From Carcharhinus longimanus (Eukaryota): 64,000 nt of DNA. Position 1 is the stretch's first letter. Each line of letters starts with the position of its first letter. The notes under the pieces are model-generated. The model was not told where the DNA came from. It ran no database searches and was given only the letters and a program-made list of their open reading frames with translations. A program made the position numbers and the translations under genes. This document shows, one piece after another, positions 36,801 through 51,800 of this stretch. The DNA lies in the NCBI GenBank assembly GCA_030264375.1, contig JASCQW010000032.1, positions 38,513,229 through 38,577,228 of the forward strand, written 5' to 3'.

Positions 36801-39800
36801 ACAAATTTCAAGAAGTCATTTGAAATTTGGCATTCTTGTGTTCTGATGAGTGCAAAACAAAATGCTTCAGCATTATGTTTCTCTTTTCAGCAATATTCAC
36901 ATTCTGTACTATCAAACAATATATCAAATTATATTACTTTAATTAAATAATTAAAAAGAGAAACCTATAAACAGGTATGTTAACTCCCATCATCTTGCAA
37001 AAGCAGGAGCAGTAATGGATTAGGGTGGTGCATGTAATGCTCCATTTGCATGCTGTATCACCTCACACACCCCCCGCCCTCCTCACCCCAAGCTTCCTGC
37101 TGGGTGGCTGAGGCATATTGTCTAAATCAAACAGAAGCCATGTTTGTTTTACTAAATCTGCACACTATTTCTTGCAGGGGCTGATTAGCCCAGTTGGCCA
37201 GATGGCTAATGTGTGATTCAGAATAATGCCAATGGCACTGGCTTGATTCTCATTCTGCCCGAGGTTGATTCGGGGGACCTGTCTCCTTGTTCCACTCCTG
37301 AGAGTGGAAAGCAAACCATGATTGGCAAAAAGTACCAAGAAAGTGGGTCAGGTGAAGCACCAGCAGACATGAGCCAATGACTTGCCTTTGGGCAGAGCAT
37401 ACATCTTGACAATTTTCTCTGTAGGACACTGATGCCATTTTAACTGCCTGCTGACAGAGCAATGGATGCTCTATTTGACTTCATTTTGACTTGACAAGCT
37501 GCATCGAGATGGCAATTTAAAGCTTGCAAGTCACTGCATGCATCTTGGTGAAATCAAGCCCTGGAAATGGGCACTATCAGATGATCAGACAATAGTCAGC
37601 TACCAGATTTTTAAAAGCAGCCCTTGATGTAAAATTCCTGGTGTGTTTCACGCATTATTTCAGATGTTATTTTCCTGATGGAACTTAAATAATTCAAGAA
37701 TGTGAAAATATCAGGTCAAAGGAAGTTAATTTTGAGTTTGAAATGCAATTAAGGGTGATATTAATGCTACATATCCAGGCGTTCTTGGTTCCCTGTCTGA
37801 GATTTTTAAGGCGCTGGAATTAGAGGCTAAGGTCAGCAGGGGATTGATTATTAGTCATGATGTGGATGTGCCGGCATTGGACTGGGGTAAACACAGTAAA
37901 ANNNNNNNNNNNNNNNNNNNNNNNNNNNNNNNNNNNNNNNNNNNNNNNNNNNNNNNNNNNNNNNNNNNNNNNNNNNNNNNNNNNNNNNNNNNNNNNNNNN
38001 NGGACTAACCCAAAAGCTTGTGCGTTTACTATCAAATAAATCGGTTGGACTAAAACCTGGTGTTGTCAGACTTTTTACATTGATTATTAGCACAGTGCTT
38101 TTTTTTGTCTTTCTTGGAGTAGTAAGTTTAATTTCAAGCTTATGAACATTGTAAGTCACCGAGACTAGCCCAAGGCCCCAAGTTAGGAAATGTCACTTCA
38201 ATTATTGGTGTATCCCACCCCTAATAATAATGTTGAGGGAAAGTTTGCTTTCCCCAAATAGACAACTTCATGCAGAAGTATGTAGACTTCAACTATTTTA
38301 TTGTTTTGAATAAACTTGTTTCCTTTCTCAGAACGTCTTAGGATAATAACTCCGATCAAAGACCAGCTCGTCACAGAAGGACAAGAAATTGTGTTTAATT
38401 GTGAAGTTAACACGGAAGGTGCCAGAGCAAAATGGTTCAGAAATGACGAAACTATCTTTGATAGTCCAAAATATATCATGGTCCAGAAAGACTTGGTCTT
38501 TACTCTCAGAGTCAGGGATTCACAAAAGGAGGATCAAGGAACATACTCAATTGCACTAACAAATAATAGAGCTGAACATGCAAAATGTTCAGCAACATTA
38601 GAAGTACAAGGTAAGTGCAATTTCTTGGATGTTAAACAGTTGCACGTACATTATGTTAAGTAAAGTGGCACAAATATTACATAACTCTTCTTCATCTTTG
38701 CAGAGGAGGAACTGAAAATCATTGAACCTCTTGAAGATTGTGAAACAATGGAGAAGAAGTCTGTAACTTTCTGCTGCAAAGTGAACCGTGAAAATGCGAC
38801 ACTAAAATGGATGAAAAATGGAGAGGAAATCACACTTGACAAACAATTTGTGTACAAAATTGACAAGAAAAAGCATTCTCTTACAATTAGAAACTGTGCA
38901 TTCAAAGATGAAGGTGAATACACTGTAATTGCCGGACATGACAAATCAGTTGCTGAACTTCTTATCACAGAAGCACCAGCAGATTTCGTAGAGCATATTC
39001 AAGATCAGACTGTCATTGAGTTTGAAGATGCAATCTTTTCATGTCAACTGTCTAAGGAAAAAGCTGCAGTGAAATGGTACAGGAATGGCAGAGAGCTCAG
39101 GGAAAGCAAGAAGTATGTTTTGTTCCTTTTTACTTTCATTCATAAGAGTTTCATATATGATATATGCATAATATATAACATATGTATCATTCATAATCTT
39201 GTCATGTTGCCAGGTATCAGTTTGAAAAGGATGGTAGTTTGCGCAGACTTATTATAAGGGAATGTCGACCAGAAGATGAATGTGAATATTCCTGTGGTGT
39301 TGAAGACAGACGTTCAAGGGCTAGATTGTTTGTTGAAGGCAAGTGCTGATTTAGAAAAACAAGCATACTATGATTTTAATAATTCAGGAAATGTGAGCTA
39401 ATTATTATTTTTCTCTTTCCAGAAATCCCAGTTGAGATCATTAGGCCGCCACTGGATGTCTTTGAAGCTCCAGAATCAGATGTTATTTTTGAAGCTGAAT
39501 TGAACAAAGACAAAGTTGAAGTCAAATGGCTCAGGAACAATATGATAATTGTTCAGGGTGATAAACATCAAATGATGAGTGAAGGAAAGATACACCGACT
39601 GCAGGTTTGTGACATCAGACCACGTGACCAGGGTGAATACAGATTCATTGCCAAGGATAAAGATGCAAGAGCTAAACTGGAACTTGCAGGTAAGTTAGTT
39701 TAAATTCTTTGAGCATTCTTGAGACATATTTTCTATCACTAGGAGCTGTGCTGAGAATTTGACATATTCGCAACTTGTGAATCTTTTCATTGTAGCGGTA

Positions 39801-42800
39801 CCAGTAATCAAGCTGACAGATCTCAACCTTGTGATCGATGCTGGAAAGCCGTTCACGATGACACTGCCATATGATGCTTACCCACGTGGTGAAGCTGAAT
39901 GGTTCAAGGAAGACACTGCTACTGCTGAGTATGTCAGTCTGCCCAAACGGAACATTGACACAACTGCAGAAATCACTAATTATAGACTTTTTGATCCAAA
40001 GAGAACTGACAGAGGAAGATACAAGATTGTGATTCAGAATAAACATGGAAAGGGTGAAGCATTTATAAATTTGGATGTTATTGGTAAGTATTCTTTGTTA
40101 CACATATGTTTTATAACTGTGTTATTGTGAAAACTATTCTTAAATTTTTTTCTAAAATGTGTTTCCTGAAACAATATCACCTTTCCGAATTTACAGATGT
40201 GCCTGGCCCAGTCAAGAATTTGAATGTAGTAGACACTTGTGATGGTGAGGTCAGCCTTGCTTGGGATGAACCTGACACTGATGGTGGTAGCAAAATCCTT
40301 GGCTATGTAGTAGAACGACGTGATGTGTTGCGCAAAACATGGACCTTAGTTACTGATCGTGCTGACAATACTGAATTTACCGTGACTGGTCTCCAAAAAG
40401 GAGTAGAGTATCTATTCCGTGTCAGTGCAAGGAACAGAATAGGCACAGGTGAACCTGTGGAAACTGATAAACCCGTTGAAGCTAAGAATAAGTTTAGTAA
40501 GTATCAGATTGTCTTCATTCACTAATTTAAGCTCTGAAATCCAATTCATTGCTATGGGTCAGTGTCAGAAAATAAGAATATTACTACCTTTTTCCACCAG
40601 GTGTACCTGATGCACCACTGAACGTCCAAGTGAAAAACGTGAACAAATTTGGTGCCACCATTACATGGGAACCACCAGAATATGATGGTGGATCAGAAAT
40701 CACAAACTATGTTATTGAGTTACGTGACAGGACCTCTGTCAAATGGGAACCAGCTATGACAACCGGAGCAGATGAACTCACCGCTCAGCTGAATGATGTA
40801 GTAGAAAACAGAGAGTATATATTCCGTGTCAGAGCAGAAAACAAAGCCGGTGTAGGAAAGCCCAGTGCAGTTTCACATCCTGTGAAGATCATGGATCCAA
40901 TATGTTAGTATCGGATCAGAAATATGTGTAGTAAATGTTCTTCAATTTTTATGTTTGTACGTTCCCTCATATGATTTCTCCTTTTTTCAGACAAGCCAAG
41001 TCCACCTATTGAATTTGCTCATTCAAAGCAAACCAAAGAATCTGTACAGTTGAAATGGGAACCTCCTCTAAAGGATGGAGGAAGTCCAATACAGGGCTAC
41101 ATTGTTGAATTATGTGAAGAGGGCACAGATAAATGGAAACCCTGCAATATAAGACTTATTCCTGAAACAACTTTCAAGGTTATTATCTCTCATGTAATTA
41201 ATTTGTTAAGAATACCCCTGATGACCTAATAAGAGCTAGAGGCAACTGCTTTCCTAATGGTTATTTTAGAGGTGCAATTCACCCACAATCCATCACCAAG
41301 TCACAGTTTAATTGTCAGCTGATGGTAATAGTCCCTGGGCAGCTGATTTTCCTGGACCTGTGATGTGCTCGGTGAGATTCATGAAATAGCGTTTCAAGTA
41401 GGAGGTGTTAATCAGCATTAAGTTTCATTCACAACTTCAGTGCAGATTTTTTGTGAATGGATTTGCAAATTTGGTACATGGTATCTGTACCATTCAATGC
41501 AGCATTGGACTAACTGATGGGTCACATGTTTAGGGGACATCAAGGACATGCTTTCTCTTCACATGATTGTGCATAGGAACTCAGCCAGAGAATATGTGCT
41601 TTGTTGCTAGGTCATATGGAGAGTTTAAAAATCAATGGTTTTAAGTTTATTTATCATTGTCACAAGTAGGCTTACATTAATACTGCAATGAAGTTACTGT
41701 GAAAATTCCCCAGTTGCTACACTCCAGCATCTGTTTGGGTACACTGAGGGAGAGATAGCACGGCCAATGCACTTAACCAGCATGTCTTTCGGNNNNNNNN
41801 NNNAACTGGAGCACCCAGAAACGCATGCAGACACAGGGAGAATGTGCAGGCTCCACACAGACAGTGACCCAAGCTGGGAATCGAACCTGGGTCCCTGGCG
41901 CCGTGAGGCAGTAGTGCTAACCACTGGTTCTTGAGTTCTGAGCAATACTGTTGATAATCTTGAATCAACCACATGGTACAGGACTGGATTGACAGAAGCC
42001 AGACTAGGTAGGGTTGCAGGTTCACAAATATTTGAAGATGAGATTTTTTTGAAATCATTTCTTCAGGAATAAAGATTTACAGGATTTTATGTAGGATAGG
42101 ATGTAGGTCAGAAAATTCTGAAAGAACTGAGGTTTATCAAGGATGGACTTCAGGGAATTAGTGAAGAAAGCATTAGAGAAATGAAGGCTTGAGGTGTTGA
42201 AGGATTTCACAATTTTATTACTGATATGGATGATAAGATAGACAAGATAGAAATTAGACTCTATACTCTAACTGGGAGTGAGTGGATGAAGAGACAGACA
42301 GAGAACTGGATATTGATAACTTCTGAAGAGAAAATGGAGATAGATGGTGGAGAAAGTTCAGAGGAATCAAGATAGGTTGAGTTTTGATAGATATTTATTG
42401 TTTTAACTCTAAAATATTTGTGACCTTATACTTGCTGATGGTTGAAAAAATGTGCTCAGAATACTTGTACTGTTTTATATTACACGGCTTTTCATTTTTG
42501 TCATTCCAGGTTACTGGTCTGAAACCAGGAGTGAAATATTATTATCGGGTATCGGCAGAAAATGCAGCAGGTGTTTCAGATCCAGCTGATGCCCTTGGCC
42601 CACTAACAGCTGATGATCCTCATGGTAATGGAAGTCCTTTTCTAAATACAAATATATTAAAGGCTACAAAATTGAGCTTTTTAAAAAAATTATGATATTT
42701 ATAGCTTTTCAAGACTGATTGCACTTATCTCTTTCAGTGGCTCCTACCCTTGACCTGAGCGCATTCAAAGATGGTCTTGAGGTCATTGTTCCAGAACCAC

Positions 42801-45800
42801 TTAAGATTCGCGTTCCTATCACTGGCTACCCTATACCCACTGCAAAGTGGGCTAAGGATGAAACGCCTGTTGAGAGTAGTGATCGTGCGAAGATGCAAAC
42901 AACTGCTGCATATACACTATTGGTCATTTCTCCCAGTGAGCGCCCTGATAAGGGACTATACAGCTTGACACTGGAAAACGATGTGTCGTCTGTCTCAGGA
43001 GAAATTAAAGTGAATGTAATTGGTAAGTATCTGAATATTTTCAAAAAAATAAACATTTTAATTAATTGTTCCAAGAGAATTTCACGATAGTTTGTATTTA
43101 TGTATCACCTTTAACACTGAAAACATCTCAAGACTCTTAACAAAGACAGGAAGAAAATAAATACATTATGTGGGCATGTGCCATGCCTTCAACCTGCAAG
43201 TTAGGAGAAGTTATTGAAAACGTAATTAAAAGGACGGGTTTTGAAAAGGTTTTTAAAGATCGGGAAAAAAAGCGAAGACGAGAAAAGATTTAAGGAAAGC
43301 ATTTCAGAAAGTGGGGTTAAACCACCTGAAGGTGCTGAAAGTAATGATGAACTAAAGGGACTTCAAAAAAAGGAGAAAGCGAGATACAAATGGTCAGCGA
43401 GAACGACTGACTGATATAGAAAGAGTTCTAATCCTTGGAGAAATTGCAGAATAGGACATGCAAAGCTGTGGAAGAATTTGAAAAATGGGATCATTATTTT
43501 AAATTGCAAGCATAATACAATCATGGAATCAGAGTTTGTCAGAAATGCTGTGGATGATGGAAGAGTGCAGTTGATTACTGGATAGGAAGTTGTTTTTCAC
43601 AAGTTGGATTGTACAGAGGGTGAGGAGTGGAAGACTGGCATAAAGATATCATCAAAAGAGTGAGCCTAGAAGTATGGCGAAGGAGTTCAACAGGAGTAAA
43701 TAGACGTGGAGATAAGCAATGTTGAATCAAGTGGTCTTGCTGGCATTGTAAGAATGGATACTGGTATGAAGCTCAGCTCCAGATCAAATGTGATGGTGGC
43801 TTTTCACAGCCGAGGTGCCTTGAGAGGAGAAAGGAATCAGTAACAAGGGCGTTTATGACATGGTTATAAAACAACAAAATTATAAGACATTTAATTCTTC
43901 ACTGTTTTAACTTCACAGAACGCCCAAGTGCACCAAAAGACTTGAAAGTGTCAGAAATTGGTCGAAATACCGTACATTTGATGTGGGAGATACCAGATAA
44001 TGATGGTGGAAGTCCATTGACTGGATATCTTGTTGAAAAACGTGAAGTTAACCGCAAGACTTGGACCAAAGTAAGTCATGAACCACACTGGTCTAATTTT
44101 ACATTTGGTACAAACCCACAAATATTGAACTTGCGGTTCAAAATTGTCACCCACTATCATTAAAGTTGCTAATTTAGACTGAAAACAAAGTAATTGCTGC
44201 CTATTTGGAAAAATGATTTTTGTAAGTTATAAGTTCAGAGACTGAGATACTGAAGGAAACAAACAAGAATAGAGCTGTTCAGATGTCAGTACAAGTGCTG
44301 CTCCATTATTACAAAGAACAAATAACAATACAGCACAAGAACGGCCCACCAAACCTGCACCAATTCCTAGTCCTTACATAGACATTATTGCCCATATTGC
44401 TATGTAGTATATGTAACTAAACATAGACGTCAATCCTATGTCCATACCATTCTGCACAGTAAATGTTCACTATAGATTTAAGCCGTTCATTCAAATTCTT
44501 ATGCAGAATTTTCTGTTTTCTTTGAGTCCTTGTATTACGTTTCTCCAGTCAAATCAGTTTTCAAAACTCCTTGGGAGCACTAATTTCCCCAGTGATGTGG
44601 GAAGGAGAGGACAGGCAAGTCAGGCTTTTTCCCTTTCAGTTTGTTTTGGAATGTCTCAGGTTCTTCATACAGGCAATGCTAAGCCTATACTTACTGTCAT
44701 CAGAGGATCAGATCAAGCCATGGCAATGAGGTGGGTGCTAACAGCCCATTTACCTCATTTTTTTCTAAAAAGAAAATCAGTTTTATGCTGGTGTGAATTT
44801 CCCACAGGATCTTCCACTGCTGCCCACCGTGGCAGATCGGGAAGCCTGCTGGTGGCTGGCATGAAACGGATTTGTGTCCTGCTAATGGGATGTATATGAA
44901 GCCCTGACCAGAGTCTTCTCGCCCACTCTCGACTCTCCGTGAGGCTAATGGGAAAGCAGGCTGGTTTAGAACATGACTGAAATAATGTGGAGTGCAGAAG
45001 TTGGGAATTACCTGAAAAATGATTGGTGTTATCCCTGGAGTTTGGGGTGGAGGCTGTCAGCGACCCTGGACCCTGGAGTATCACAGCAGTGGGTGGGAGG
45101 AAGCATCTATTAGGGGGACCATCCAGCTTCAGTGTTATTGAGAAGGTCCATCTTCTCGCCTCAGCATCTGCCTGAAGAGCCATCTTCTTTCTCAGGAGGT
45201 CCATCTTCTTTGTTCAATGATGGGTCAGTGCTTTTGGATGTCTTTTAAATATGGCATCCAGGTATAATAGCGGGACACATACAATCAAGCACATTCAGCC
45301 ATGGACTATGGTGCAAAACGTTGGATGCATATGTAATGAGATCAGGGCTGAAAGATATGGTGTGGTTTCCCACCAGCCTTTGCAATGGGAATCACTCCCC
45401 ATCCCCGCCTCCACCATGGAATTTAGTCCCAGATTGGAGAATTCTCCCTTTGTCTTTACCAGCCTCTCACTGCCTGGAACCCTTCTCATGGCTGTTCCCC
45501 AATGGCCTCTCCAGGGGCTAATGCAAGATCTGCAGTTAAGATATGTGATGAAGCTGCTTGTCAAACAAGTTCTTCAATCTTTTATACATAATTGATGATA
45601 GGAAAAAGAGGATTTTGCTGTGTTTAAGAAAGAGGTGGCAGTATTTTTATATTTTGGATTTATTAACATTAATGGATCATCATATTCTCCCACTTCTAGG
45701 TTATTGAGGGAGTGCAAGATTTGGAATTTACTGTCCCTGACCTCTTCCAAGTAAGAGACTACCTATTTAGAGTTTCTGCCTGTAACAAATGTGGTCCAGG

Positions 45801-48800
45801 GGAACCTGCATATATTGATGAACCTGTTAATGTGTCTGCACCAGCAAGTAAGTATTTAGCTATGTTAATCATCCAGCTGGAATGGTAGCTTATTTCCTTT
45901 GTAAGTAAAGCCAAATAGATCTATTTGATTCATTTTTAAATGTATGCAGTATAGTTACTCTTTAAATATTTCATAGTGTTTCACTAGTCACATGCTAAAA
46001 TATATCATGTTAAAACATTTGTAGTGAAAGAATTTGCATTGCAAGCTCAGATCTTTCCAAAAATGACTTAGCAAGCATTTTCATAGAACAGCTGTATAAA
46101 GTTGAGATCTAATTTAAGCTAAGCATGTTTTCTTCTCCACTCTCTTAATGGATGAATTTTTCTGGTTTTTTTCCAATATTGTCTCAGGTGAGGAAATCAG
46201 TATGCATCCTGTCAGCTGCATTGCTGGTTTTTCCTGCCAAACTTTTAAATATTTGGGGAACAAAAATGTTAGCAGCATATCCCATGCCGTCATGCTGGTG
46301 GAGCAGGCTCTGAATGAACCCACAGTGTCCCCCCAATCTAAAAAAACAATAAGGAAAGGATCCCCTTAATGCACATGGGACCCCCGCCCACAGACACATT
46401 CCCCCCCCATACCTCTGGGAACACTCCCTCCTGAACCTCCCCAATGGAAGCACTTCTGGGCACTGCCCCTGCATTCATGGGCAGTCCCAGGGTACTGCCC
46501 AGGCATGACCCTCTCCCCACTGGGGACACTACTCACCTGAGTGCCCCCAGCAGAGACTATTTGCCAGGATCCTGTTTTACAAAAGCTGTGGTAAACGTTG
46601 GCATGAGGGGAGTCCTAATTTGGGGGATAATAGAGCGGGGAAGCCTGCTAATGGTTTTAAAATGTATGGTAATGGGTTTCCCATCATTGCATGACGGGAA
46701 CCTTGTTACATTGTTGGTGGGGAGGCAGGGACAATCCAATTAGGAAATCCCACTGGTGTGAAAGCCATTTTGGGGTTCCTGCTGGATTTTCTGACCCGCC
46801 NNNNNNNNNNGAAAACAGGGGAAGAAAATCCCAGGTGATGTTTTCCCATCTGGATCATCTGTGGATTTCCTTTGGCTGGCATCAATTATTCTTTCAGTCA
46901 GGTACCTTCCCCTATTTTGGAGAAGATGCCTGTGCAAACACAAAGTTTTTCAATGATGGGCATTCAACTACTCGACTTCTCTTTTTCACTTCCCTTCCCT
47001 TTCCCTTCTCGTGTAGGTCTCAGTCACAGCTGAGGTCTAACAGGGTGCCAATATTCTACCTTCTTTAGCAGCCTCTTGGGCTGTGGCAGTAGCCCTACCA
47101 TGAACCTGCCATAATTTGACTTGTGAAATCACTTTGGTGGTGATGATGGATGGAGCTTAAGTCATGTCCTACTGCAACATTGACTGGAAGGAAAATCCCA
47201 CCTTTTAAACAGGATTTGCCAGCCCTGCCTGCCTCCAGGATTGTCTGCCAAACCTTTTGGCTAGGCCACTGAATCTCCTGCAGATGCCCCCCCACAATGA
47301 AGTGGGAAAGTCCCAGCCTATTGTGACTCACATTCATTAATACTACCAATCCCCATATATTTCATAAAATTATCATTCAGAGAATCGAACATCATTTGCA
47401 TTGAACCATTTGAGCTGTATTAGCATCAAACATAAACTGATTTAGACCCTTTGAGGAAATTTGTCTTAAGTATGTTTGATGAGTTTTTTTTTAATTTTTG
47501 GACTGTAGGTTTTAATTTGTAATTCTGCACTTCACAGCTGTTCCAGATCCTCCAGAAAATGTCAGATGGAGGAACCCATCTTCCAAAGGAATCTTCCTTA
47601 CATGGGAGCCACCGAAATATGATGGAGGCTCCAGAATTAAAGGATATATGGTAGAAAAATGTCAACGTGGTGCTGAGAAGTGGGAGCTCTGTGGAGACTC
47701 AGTCAATGAATTGAAGTGAGTTTTGTATTTAATTTTCTGATGTTTTCTATGTTTTCAATAGTACACAGTAAATACTTAAACTGCTGATATGTTAAACAGG
47801 ATGGAAGTGACCGGTCTCAATGAAGGGGAATGGTATTCATACCGTGTTAAAGCTTTGAACAAACAAGGGGCCAGCAAACCAAGTAAACCCACAGATGATA
47901 TACAAGCAATCGATCCAAAAGGTGCATTGTTATTGATATAAATGTATTGTTCCAAAGCTGTATCATTTTAACAAGCTTTATTCAAATACTTCAGACCTAT
48001 TGAAAATGTTGATAGATTTATTTCACAAATATGCTCATTGTGTTAAACTTTGTCACTGCTGCAAGTTTAATTGCTTTACAAGGAAATAGAATGTTAGTTT
48101 TTTCAGTAACTTACTATAATGCATTTACAGCTGAGATATATTAATAAATTCAGTGAGCTTGTGCAACAAACAATTCTAATTTCCCCATTAATTCTTATTA
48201 ATATTTGGGAGCCACGAATCAGGCATGCAGTTTTCAATGCCTGATTCTCCAATCAGTAATCTGTCAAATGTGGCTTTAAAATGGAAGCAGAGCCTTACTG
48301 AATTGAAACCATATTTTCTATTTTAATTACACAACTTTTTGACTAAAATTATAACATTTCCCCCCCAACCCCCAACAGAGGCCCCGGAGATTCATCTTGA
48401 TGTTAAGCTATTGGCCGGCATTACTGTGAAGGCTGGGACAAAGATTGAGCTCCCAGCTTTTATCTCTGGCAAACCTACTCCAAAAATTACATGGACAAAA
48501 GCTGAGCACTTGCTGAAGCCTGATGACAGACTAACTATCGAGACAAAGCCTGATAGTTCCACTGTGACAGTCGTAAACACCAAAAGGAGTGACAGTGGTC
48601 CTTATCTTATTGAAGCAGTAAACACCAGTGGCCGTGCCACTGCTGTTGTTGAAGTCAATATTCTAGGTAATTCAAATGTTAAGATTCCTTTTATCAACTT
48701 AAGTAAAGCTTGAAATAAATTAATTCTCTTAAACATGTACTGACTGGTTCCTTTGTTTACAGACAAACCTGGACCACCAGCTGCATTTGACATCACTGAT

Positions 48801-51800
48801 ATTACAAATGAAACCTGCACCTTGACGTGGAATCCACCCAGAGATGATGGTGGTTCACGCATTACAAATTATATCATGGAATGTAAGGCAGGAACTAGTG
48901 AAATATGGAATAAGCTCTCATCCACCATCAAAGAAACCAAATTCAAGGCAACAAACCTTACACCATTGAAAGAATATACATTTAGAGTTAGTGCTGAAAA
49001 CATGTATGGTGTTGGAGAACCATCTCAGCATGCTCCAATTATAGCTAAATATAGTTTTGGTAAGGAAAATATAATTTTCTGTATTATAATTGTAACATTT
49101 ATTACATAATTTGCACATAGTATGTCATTTTGATTTTTTAAATTCCCGGGAAATGTGATTGTCTGTTAGATCCACCTGGTCCTCCAACGCGTCTACAAGG
49201 TTCAGATATTGCCAAGGATTCTCTTACATTGACATGGTATGAACCAGATGATGATGGTGGCAGCCCAATCACTGGATATTTTGTTGAAAGATTTGATCCA
49301 GAGACTGACAAATGGATTAGATGTAATAAGGTTCCTGTCAAAGATACAACTTTCAGGTATTTATGACAATGATTTACACATGAACCAAATTTTATAAAGC
49401 TCAATAATAGGTTATGATAACTGTCATATTATAATAATGATTTGATTAGAGGTAGTTAATCTCCCATGGCAGTTCTCTTGGTGAAACTTAAAAAAAACTT
49501 CCTCTATAAAGGGCTTTTTCTTTCACATGTTAAAGTCTCTCTTTTTCTCTTCACTTTGATGCATGCTTATTGCCTTGTCTATCACCCCTAATTCAAAGCG
49601 GAGGCCCCTACTTGGAATCTTAATGGCTGAGCTACTCATATGATCTGACAGGTGTTAATTGTTGCACAAACCAAATCCCATAGGAAAACTTGGCTCTGGT
49701 AATAAGATGATAAATTTACTGAATTCAGAAGCCACAAATTCCAGCTACCCTTTCCGAATTTAAAATATCTTATCAACAGAAGAATTCTTATCAACAGAAG
49801 AAAAAGAAAACTTAACACTCAAGATTACTTTTACACGGCTACAATTAGAACATAAGAACATAAGAAATAGGAGCAGGAGTAGGCCATCTGGCCCTTCGAG
49901 CCTGCCCCGCCATTCAATAANNNNNNNNNNNNNNNNNNNNNNNNNNNNNNNNNNNNNNNNNNNNNNNNNNNNNNNNNNNNNNNNNNNNNNNNNNNNNNNN
50001 NNNNNNNNNNNNNNNNNNNNCTGGCACCCTTCTTAAACAACGGCGTAACATTAGCCGTTTTCCAATCTTCCGGCACTTCCCCGGAATCCCCGGAATTATT
50101 CGTATAAAACATTCTCCCAAAAAGACTTCTGACTTGGTCAGGCTCACAAGTAAACACTCTTTGCATAACAATCTCTTTTAACTATAAACATTTCAGTAGT
50201 ATTACTATAAACCAAACCCGCAATTACTGTAGGAAATATATATCTCAGGGCTTCTCACTCACTCCCACTCTACTGTGGAAATCCAAGAAACTTCAAAACA
50301 AAGCCCTGCTTTCTGAGAAACAGGCACTGGCTGGAATGGTTCCTTTAGCTCTTTTCCCAACACAGAGCAGCACCCCAGTACGTCTCATACAGCCACTTCA
50401 GTTATGCTCTCAAAAAGTCTACTCAAATATTCCTTTTTCTTCTTTCATCTTTTTTTGCCCTGTTAATGCACCTTGGGACATTTTACTTTATTAAATACAT
50501 TATACAAATATAAACTGTTTCTAAGTGATCTTCTGATTAATTGCTGAACTTATGAATGGTGACTTATGATTGATTAGTTTTATTAAGGCACGAAAGGAAG
50601 AAAGGTTTAGTTGGAATGTGACTGGTCAGAATTGTTTGCGCAGCGGTGGAATGTAATTGCTGAAAGCTGCCAACAATTAACCAATTAGCAAGAACAAAGA
50701 CAATCTTGCCATTATGGTCATTGCAGATGTCAAAGAATTAGATAGATACTGTGAGACAAACTAATGTGTGCCCATACATTTTTGCAACCAACAGAGTGAA
50801 AGGACTAACTCCGAAGAAGAAGTATAAGTTCCGTGTTTTGGCAGAGAACCTAGCAGGCACTGGCAAACCTAGCAATGAAACAGACCCAATCCTAGTGAAG
50901 GATCCTATAGGTATGTATACAATTGGCTTATCAAATGAAGTCTCATAACATTTTATGTTAGGGTAAATTTTGCCAGACCCTTCGCCAGCAACATGCAACC
51001 AGCCAAATCAGAAATTCACGTAGTTTTTCATTATGCACTGGCTCTGTGCAAGGCCTGATAGAATTGACCAATATTTTTCCTGTAAATTCATTTATAGACC
51101 CACCATGGCCCCCTGGAAAGCCTAATGTTAAAGATGTCATGAAGACTTCAGCGTTCTTAACTTGGAATAGGCCAGAACATGATGGAGGGGCAAAGATTGA
51201 GTCTTACGTTGTTGAATTGCTGAAGAGTGGAACAGACGAATGGGTGAGAGTAGCTGACGGCATTCCCAGCACTGAATATTTCTTGAAAGGGCTTATGGAT
51301 AAACAAGAATACTCATTCCGTGTTAGAGCTGTTAACAAAGTTGGGGAAAGCGAACCCAGTGAACCCAGCGATCCTGTGCTGTGCAAGGACAGATTGAGTA
51401 AGTTGCACTCAATTTATGTATCTTGTATATCACATAGCAGCCTTCAATTACCAAATTAATGCAAAAAGTCATAATCTTTTGAGTGTGAGGATTGTTTTCT
51501 TCTCCACAGATCCTCCTTCGCCTCCACGCTGGCTTCAAGTTGTTAATATCACAAAAAATTCTGCGGATCTTAAATGGACAGCTCCAGAAAAGGATGGTGG
51601 TTCTCCAATAACAAACTATATTGTGGAAAAAAGAGATGTAAGAAGAAAGGGTTGGCAGACTGTTGACACAACGATAAAAGACACCAACGCTACAGTTACA
51701 CCTCTTTCAGAAGGTTCCCTGTATGTATTCAGGGTCGCTGCAGAAAATGCAGTTGGACAGAGTGAATACTGTGAACTGGAAGATTCAGTACTTGCCAAAG

